Shown: positions 56,584 to 64,000 of the stretch, one piece after another
How positions within the stretch are numbered: the first letter of the stretch is position 1
Layout of the letters: each line of letters opens with the position of its first letter
Source of the DNA: Azolla caroliniana
Taxonomy: Eukaryota > Plantae > Polypodiophyta
Assembly: GCA_043228905.1 (NCBI GenBank)
Contig: JBHGNT010000034.1
Location: forward strand, 62,001-126,000
DNA: 64,000 nt
Reading direction: 5' to 3'
Position numbers and translations under genes: made by a program
Notes under the pieces: model-generated
Database searches by the model: none
Seen by the model: the letters and a program-made list of their open reading frames with translations, nothing else
What the model was told of the DNA's origin: nothing

Positions 56584-59500
56584 TCACTCAGTGTCTACAT
56601 TGGCTCTTTTGAGTTTGTCTAATGTCTGCAGAAAAAAGAAAAAGAATCCAGACAAAAGACTGATATTACTATGCAATCTCGAATCTAAACAATAATTATT
56701 AATGTGGTGCACATTCTGTATTTTCTGAAAAATCATTCAAACAAGTGATATAATAGAGGACTTACGGCAATAAGAGATTGTATTCGGTTTGTCTGAATCC
56801 TCCTATGTGGCCGGACACTTTCATCAGCCTGTATCCAAAACAGCAAACAATCCAGCAAATGCTCAAATATAACCTTCTAAAATAAACCATGCAAAGAACA
56901 CTTGTAACACAACCTTTACACCATCCACTTCAAGCTGTAACAAAGCAAGGAGCTCAAGAAGCCGTACTTGTTCCTGCAATTGATGACCAGAATAAGATTA
57001 TTTTTCTTTTTATCGGGTGGCCGGGGTATATAACAACATTTAAAGGAGTTCATGAATCTTCATGCTTCGTGAGCATGTGCAAGAAACCATATGTAGTATA
57101 TCTATGTTCATTTTTGTATAGTAAAATACCTCTAACTCACAGCACAATGTGATTAAGGTTATTTTACGCACAAACAAAACTAAAAGATGTAAAGCCTTAA
57201 TCATAATGAGCTCATTGTGAGAAACCTAGTACAAAATGGAAGTGCAATATCCTAAGTCACATGTGCAAAAGTGACATGACACTCATATTAGACTACACAT
57301 AACCAGCTCCTGAACTTCTCAGATGCAACAGATTAATAATGAATATTGAATAAAATATCTCCCTATGAGGGTCAAACAGTCCATCTTAGATCAAAATAAG
57401 AAACGACCTTGAAGTCGCCAAGTTTAACCCAGTAATGAATACCTTTCCATGTAAATTTTTATGCTGAATGCAAAAAACTTGGTCGAAATTTGTTCTTTTG
57501 AGGAATTGCAATGTATCCACTGTGAGTGTTTCAACATGTGCTAAGAGATACAATGCATAAATAAAGAAATGATATCACCTTTTCATCCACTGTGCTCATA
57601 GCACCACCTGAAATCCTCTGTATCAGAAAATGTATCTCATCTTCAAGCCTGTCAACCTGAAAATTTGAGCTCCTTTCCAATTTTAACTACTTATTCTTGA
57701 AATCAGCCAAGAAAATAGCTTGGAAAATCTGGGCACAATGAAAGGAAAGAGTCCAAGAAATAGACAATTCACGGAGTGAAAGAGAGGCATTAAGTAAAAC
57801 TATACCTTCTGTTTAAGTTCCATGATAACTCCAAGAGGAGTAAGCCTTACAGCTGACGATTCACGAGTTGTTGGTTTCAACCTTTCTTCTGCAGCTTTCA
57901 AACGCTGCAAACGCTGCTCAACCAAAGGCATGGGCGGATGTTGACTTGGTGTTATATTATTTTTCTCCATACTCGTATTCTTGTTATCCTGTCTGTCACC
58001 ATCACCAGAAAGATATTTTTTCCTATCACCACCTATGCGCCTACCTATATAGAAAGCAAGATCCAAACTAATTAACTTCAAAGATATTGATTTTATGAGG
58101 AAGAACTTGTTCCAAAAATGACATCCTATACAGCATGATAGCATTTCATGCTCACCTGGTTTATAAAATACACACCGAAATGTAAAGGATGACTATAATA
58201 CTATGCAACACAATATAAATTGAATTACAGAGAAAATTAAATTATAAGGTTTAATGGACAAATGGTCTTCAGGAAAATCCAGATAAATGTGAATGTGAAG
58301 GGTGCAATCTGAACAACTGTAAAGCAGCACAGTCACAAGCTAGAAAAGCGTTGTAGAATGAAGACAAAGAATGAATAGTAATGATTATAAAACAAATGCC
58401 TACCAAAAGCTTTCATATTTGGTGAGAAGACTCCAAGGCCTTTGTTTTTAAGTATTCTGGAAAGATTTGTCCAAAACAGTCCTGAAAGTTCAAACTCCTG
58501 CATGCTATGCAGTTGGCCAACTTATAATCAAGAGGTGAGAAAAAGAGTGTCTCGTGCACTTGATGTCCATTAGATGTGTGAGGAAATGAAAACTAAGTCC
58601 AATGTCCATGTTATGAGTAGTAAAAATAACTTTAAGAGGTCAGTAAGGCCAACAAATGACCCATTGGGTAGCATGACGGATGCTCCTATCCCATACAACA
58701 TACGCTCATGAACATACACATAACCTGAAGGATCCAATACTGATCTATTCACTTGTGAGCCACCTCTACTTTTATGCTATATCATAGTATGAACCATACG
58801 TACATTCGCGTTCAAGTATGTTTCGATCATTCGAGTATGGTAAACACCCTCGAAGTATGGTAAATACCATACTTTTGTATTCATTATTTATTAGACAGTA
58901 AAACTTTTTTTTAAGGTAAGAAAGTTAAGGTAAAAAAAGTAAATAAAAAAAAACATAAGTATGTTTTCATAACATACACAATCATTTGCAAACGTATGAA
59001 AAAAATGTTTGCAAATGCATTCGAGTATGTTACGTACTTTGTGCTATATAACCAAAAAGCGGTAAAACATCTCGTGAAGTGCAATATCCCACCTGGCAAT
59101 TGTAAGATTGGCTAACACATGACTAAAATCCTCTGCATCTTATGGACAACATGAAAAAACAATATGCTATCTAGGCGTTTGAAAGTATTCACCATTTAAA
59201 TTCTGCACAATTATGTTTCTCTGCCACCATTGACCCCAACCTGTAAACTTGTTTACCTCAAATTCAACGTTCATCAAAATGATGAACTTAAGTTTTGGTA
59301 TGAGAAAAGATCATACATACAGTATTCTCTGAAGGTTCCATGCTCTACAGAGACATATACTTCCCTCTAAGAAGTTCCACAGAGAGAATCCTTATTGCTC
59401 AACGGATACATACTCATTTAGATTGTGGCACCTAAAGACATCATACATATGGCCTCACCTCAACCTTCCATTGTCTAGGCAGCCGAAGTTGGGTACAAAG

Positions 59501-60217
59501 AGGAACCAGCTAAAAAGTAAAATACAAACTGTAGCAATCCACAAGAGTTCAGATGCCCAAGTGATTTCACAGAAAAACCTCCATTTGCTATTGATTGGTC
59601 CTTCCTAGATTCAATCGTAGGTGGCAAAATTTTCCATGCTTTTCAGCTGAAATAAATTTGACGAGTCTCAATAGGCCAAACAATAAGCTTCCAGTCCACG
59701 CTGATTATGAAGAATAGATTTGTAGTACATTAGCATTATTTTTTGCCTGGTTTAACAGCCCAAACAAGTGATTGTTCGCCCAATATTGACAGGGACCAAT
59801 GGACTTGATTCCAGACTTGAAGTTTGTGGAGTACAAACCGAAAAATGTCTCACAATTTAATTTTGAACAGTATTGTGTTTGATGTTGGGAATTTTATATC
59901 TGGTAAGTTTCCATGTTTCGAAAATGAATTGAGCGAAATCTAGGACAGCTTTCATGAACCTTAATTGGAAAAGAAATGGGCAGGCCACGCAAGAAATTGA
60001 CGAAGACACCAAACAAGAACAAGAACAAGAACAAGAATAGAGGTGGATGAATGAAACAGGAATGCTTACCTTCTCTGCGGCTAAACCAATGGCCCAACAA
60101 GAGGAGAGCGCCAGCAGAGAATGCAGTGAGGGAGAGATCGATGAGCCACCCACAGTGCTGGTCCTTCTCCTGATCTTTCCTCCTTTTCCTAATTTCGCCG
60201 CGGCTGCCCATCTTCAT
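56584..60217 (-). CDS. Uncharacterised protein, about 189 aa, with an N-terminal hydrophobic segment and a C-terminal coiled coil
   Basis: Phase-consistent GT-AG exons 60217-60070, 58044-57806, 57656-57579, 56828-56766, 56625-56584 (TGA), with a (GA)n tract on the gene strand just upstream. No family recognised. Confidence 0.7.
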
Positions 60218-60330
60218 GAATACGCCTGTGACAGGGTCATATCAACTCTCTATCTCTCTCTCTCTCTCTCTTCAATGCAAGGGAAAGCAAACAATCCAAG
60301 ACTTAGAAAAGAGAGAGAGAGAGAGAGAGA

Positions 60331-60400
60331 GATAGCTCAGTTGGTAAGTGTTGCCCAATGGAGACCAGGTGGTCATGGGTTCAACCCCTACGTTCCACAA
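60331..60400 (+). other. tRNA-derived SINE head or tRNA pseudogene (Pol III A and B boxes)
   Basis: A-box TAGCTCAGTTGG (60333-60344) and B-box GGTTCAACCCC (60378-60388) at tRNA-like spacing. No intact acceptor or anticodon stems. Confidence 0.5.
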
Positions 60401-60820
60401 TGGCATCTACTGAATTAAGAGATTTGTATGGAGTATATAATAGCGAGGTGAGTAACGTTGGGTTTCAAACCCAAGACATAATGACTTGTAGTGTAATAAC
60501 TTACCAATAGGGTAAGCTAATTACGATAAAAAAGAGTGTATCATGATGATTTGCATCTAACAAACCAACCCAATGAATACATATATGTACATTACCATAC
60601 CATACTACACATATGTAAGTTAAAGGGTACGCTAGTGCCTCAACCCATGTACATTGTATAGCATTCATGGACTCGAACCACACGTTTGTGGGTATTGTTT
60701 TCTAGAGATTTGTTCTTAAAAGTTTTTCTATTTAAGGCGAAATCTCTAACACATTCATAAATTGTTCCCTTTCCCCAACATATAAAATTTCTCAACTGTA
60801 TATATATATATATATATATA

Positions 60821-60971
60821 GGAAATTGGTAAATTCACAGTTTTTTCCGTATTTTCACAAAAAAAAATTGAGTTCAAAAATATGATTATTTGCACTACAA
60901 ATAATAGCCAGATTCCATCCCCCCCAAAAAACTATGAAAATACAGAAAAAACTGTGAATTTACCAATTTCC
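60821..60971. mobile_element. 151-bp MITE embedded in a (TA)n microsatellite
   Basis: 37-bp TIRs at 60821-60857 and 60935-60971 with 36/37 identity (GGAAATTGGTAAATTCACAGTTTTTT...). (TA)n lies on both sides. Confidence 0.88.
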
Positions 60972-60977
60972 TATATG

Positions 60978-61021
<44 letters not shown>

Positions 61022-62558
61022 GGTTAACAAGGGCTTGCGACACACGATGCCTCTTCATTGAACATTTATTTTGTTACATGTGGGGATATATCTTGGGATT
61101 GTCTTGCACATCAATATATATGTGTTGCATTTGTTCTCTTTTATCAAGGTTAGCATGACATTTAGAATTCCCATCAATCACAATATTCATATTCTTTGTC
61201 CTCTCATCATTCTTTCCGCTCTAGATTATACTTTCTATGTAATGCCATTCTATAGATCGATCATATACACCGAATATTTATTTGTAACTTGTCTCCTCTT
61301 CGATTTGGTTATCATATACAATCGATCTTTACTTTGCTTTGATTGATTGAACGGTAATAACTTTCAAGCCTTAGACTTTTACAACCCTTTATACTTCCTA
61401 TGAAAGCCGGAAAAATAATTACCTACACACTTTTTCGACCAGGTAATTTTCTCGTTATACGATACACATACTCTATGGTATGTACTATATAGTTAAGCAT
61501 CATCTACATTGTATGGATGGTTTCTTTGTTGTGATTATTCTTCTGCATGGAAAATCTTTACTTGGGAGGGAAATGGCTAGAATATAACTTGACTTATTTG
61601 GATGTAGTTGATTAGACGGTTCATTTTGACTAGTCTTAACAAGCACATATTATGTGAATATAAACACCTTATTGGGTCTGCATAGCACACATAAATCATA
61701 TGGTTGACACATACATGAGGGGAATGGTAAACACAATGGAAGAAAATTGATTGATGCATATGGACATGTCATAACAAAACACATCCAAACACTTTCTCGA
61801 ACCGCCATCTCTAGCCTTGAAAGAGAAATACATTTAAGAGTATTAAGAAATCAATTTTCTCATAACAAGAATTTGTCTTTTAATGCCACGGAACACTCTC
61901 CATTGGGAATGCAATCATTAACTTTCGTTTTATCGATAAAAAAGAGTTTTTCCAATGTTACAATAAAAATTACCTCCACCCAAAGGTGGTTATTTTACAT
62001 CCAATTTACATATGTTGTCCCGCTACAACTTTCAAATGACATATATCGCCTCCCCATCTCAAAATACCACATGTCATCGTTTAAAGATTGATTCTCATAG
62101 TTTTTACCTTCATTCTAATGTAATCTTAGTTCATCCCATGTCAATGTGCACAAATTGAAATATGGAAGAGAAGGTATGACAACAATCCTTCGTATCCTTC
62201 ACACTAATTCTGAAATTGAAAATCCATGCTCAAATTCTTTGGTTGGGCTATGTGCAACACATTCTACAACAATATAGACAACTACACATTTGTGTGTATG
62301 TGTGTGTATCCTTTGGGCCTTCAATTCTTCAAGCTACAAATTACAACATGCCGAGGGATAAGCCCCTAAACGAGGAATTCCAATATATTTTATGTTAAAT
62401 ATGATTGAATTTGCAATAAGCTTTTTGGTGCCTTAGGATCACCACAAGGTGATGTCCCCAAATTAAGTTCTCCAAAGGTGTGACCAAGGAAGAGATGTCT
62501 TTAAATCACTTCAATAAGAAGTGATGACCCTTGACCTCATTTGTCCATTCTCATGCAT

Positions 62559-63879
62559 CTAAAGAGTGCCATCATTCTTTAATTTGATGCTCAAGTTGTT
62601 GAACCTCTCTCTTGAGTAGCGTCGAGAGAACTTTCTCCAGTCTGTGCCAGCTTGCATCATGCTTGCGAATTCTTCATAACTTATTTGACCATCCTATATA
62701 AAATTGAAAAACCCATTTAGATCAAAATAAGGATAAGACAGACAAAATGAATGAATCAAATTCTTTACGAGAAGTGGAATTAATAGAAATTGAATCAAAA
62801 GACACAACTCACTTTATCAACATCTACTTCTTGCATGATATCACCAACAAGGTGACGATCATCAGGACCCAAGTCATCCTTCAACGATTGTTTCAACTCA
62901 TTTATGTCGATAAATCCATTTCCATCAACGTCAAAGTGATCAAATGCCTTGCGCAAATATTCATCTGTATCGAGCCTTTGCAGTTGAATGGTCAATGCAA
63001 CAAACTTTCCATAATCTAGGTACCCATTCTTTTGTGCACCTACCTGCCAATGTTAACATGGTTAGAAAACATGTATGTCCATGAAGACACCCATTTTCAT
63101 ATACTAACCCTATTAGGGACATCCATTTAGTTTATTTACGGTAATAAATCCACAGTGCCCGATACATTTTTCTTTGTTTCCCCAGATGCTCACAACTTTT
63201 TCTCATTTCATGAATACCCTTGATCAATCTCTGAATGTCAAATTTCCCCCCTCTTTTTCTCTTTCATGAGCTAACCAAGTGTATGCCATTTCGGGAAACA
63301 ATGAAAACTCTCACTCATTTCATGAATACCCTTGATCAATCCTTGAATGTCAAATTCCCCCCCCCCCCCCCCCCTCTTTTTCTCTTTCATGAGCTAACCA
63401 AGTGTATGCCATTTCGTTTCAATCATATGGTCATTAGGCTTTATGACCTTGAATATGCACGAAATTTCAAGAGGAGCACACTTCTTACATCTTCCATGAG
63501 GTGCTGGATTTCGGTCTCCGTTAGTTGAGAACCAAACTTGCGCAAGCCCATCATGAATTCATCGAAACTCAGGTATCCTCTATTTTGGGTGTCCATCGTC
63601 ATGAACATGGTCTTGATCGTCTCAACTTCGTCGCCAGACAAGAACTCGGCAATAACCTGTGTCATGTCACATCCAATTCTGTCGGACACATTGAAAAGAC
63701 GCCTCTTACACGAATAAAAAGAAGAAGAAGAGGCCTGCAAGGGGCTAAAACTACTGGCATTACCCTTAATGCTTTCTTTCTTAGCTTGTTCATGGCCGAG
63801 AATTGCCTTAGTCTTGACCGAACCGTCTCACCGAGTGAAGTCTCAGGGGCTTGTTTCATGTTCTGCAGCCATGGATGAT
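62559..63879 (-). CDS. Calcium-dependent protein kinase, group III-like; junction and calmodulin-like domain (kinase domain lies beyond the window)
   Basis: Exons 63879-63764 (HPWLQN...[17 protein letters not shown]), 63656-63489, 63043-62813, 62693-62559 (TAG). The C-terminus [20 protein letters not shown] is typical of the CPK7/8/10/13/30/32 clade. Confidence 0.93.
63202..63416 (+). repeat. About 113-bp tandem duplication in a CDPK intron, with a poly-C expansion in copy 2
   Basis: CTCATTTCATGAATACCCTTGATCAATC...CATGAGCTAACCAAGTGTATGCCATTTCG occurs twice. The short C-run of copy 1 is about C18 (63357-63374) in copy 2. Confidence 0.9.
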
Positions 63880-64000
63880 CTAGCAGCAAGATCCAGCCAA
63901 CATATATGTAAAATCAGCAATATAAATTTTTATTATAACTCAAGCTACAAGAGTGCAGCTTCCAACAAACAAGGTTGTAAAGGCTGTGGATATATGTATG

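Noticed and set aside
58785-59042. TCGAGTATG repeats suggesting a MITE
   Set aside because: Terminal inverted match is weak and there is no TSD.
60669-60679. Perfect B-box GGTTCGAGTCC on the minus strand
   Set aside because: No A-box or cloverleaf at the expected distance.

Overview
Eukaryotic, intron-rich land-plant nuclear DNA. A seed-free vascular plant such as a fern is my inference from gene style and TE types and is not proven. Eight protein-coding genes can be built from GT/GC-AG exon chains that keep frame. In order: the 3' part of a coiled-coil 'myosin heavy chain-related' gene (+), a complete p300/CBP histone acetyltransferase HAC1-like gene (-), a small kinectin-like coiled-coil gene (+), an ARG1-type DnaJ (+), a plastid ornithine carbamoyltransferase (+), FAM32A-like (-), an uncharacterised TM/coiled-coil gene (-), and the 3' part of a group-III-like CDPK (-). 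TE content: two free solo LTRs with 5-bp TSDs, a decayed L1-type LINE just upstream of OTC, a MITE inside a (TA)n tract and a tRNA-like SINE head. The 12.9-kb third OTC intron holds a decayed non-chromovirus Ty3/gypsy element that itself carries a solo LTR, an RTE/RTEX-like LINE and a hAT-type MITE. The most unusual signal is in that element: a roughly 2.6-kb extra ORF after pol whose product has four TQT-type motifs, candidate LC8/dynein-light-chain-binding sites, at exact 15-residue spacing next to a coiled coil. The element also has a tRNA-Tyr-like primer site and a GC hairpin where a polypurine tract is expected. No CRISPR, rRNA or intact tRNA gene is supported. All assignments come from reading the sequence by eye; no database search was run.
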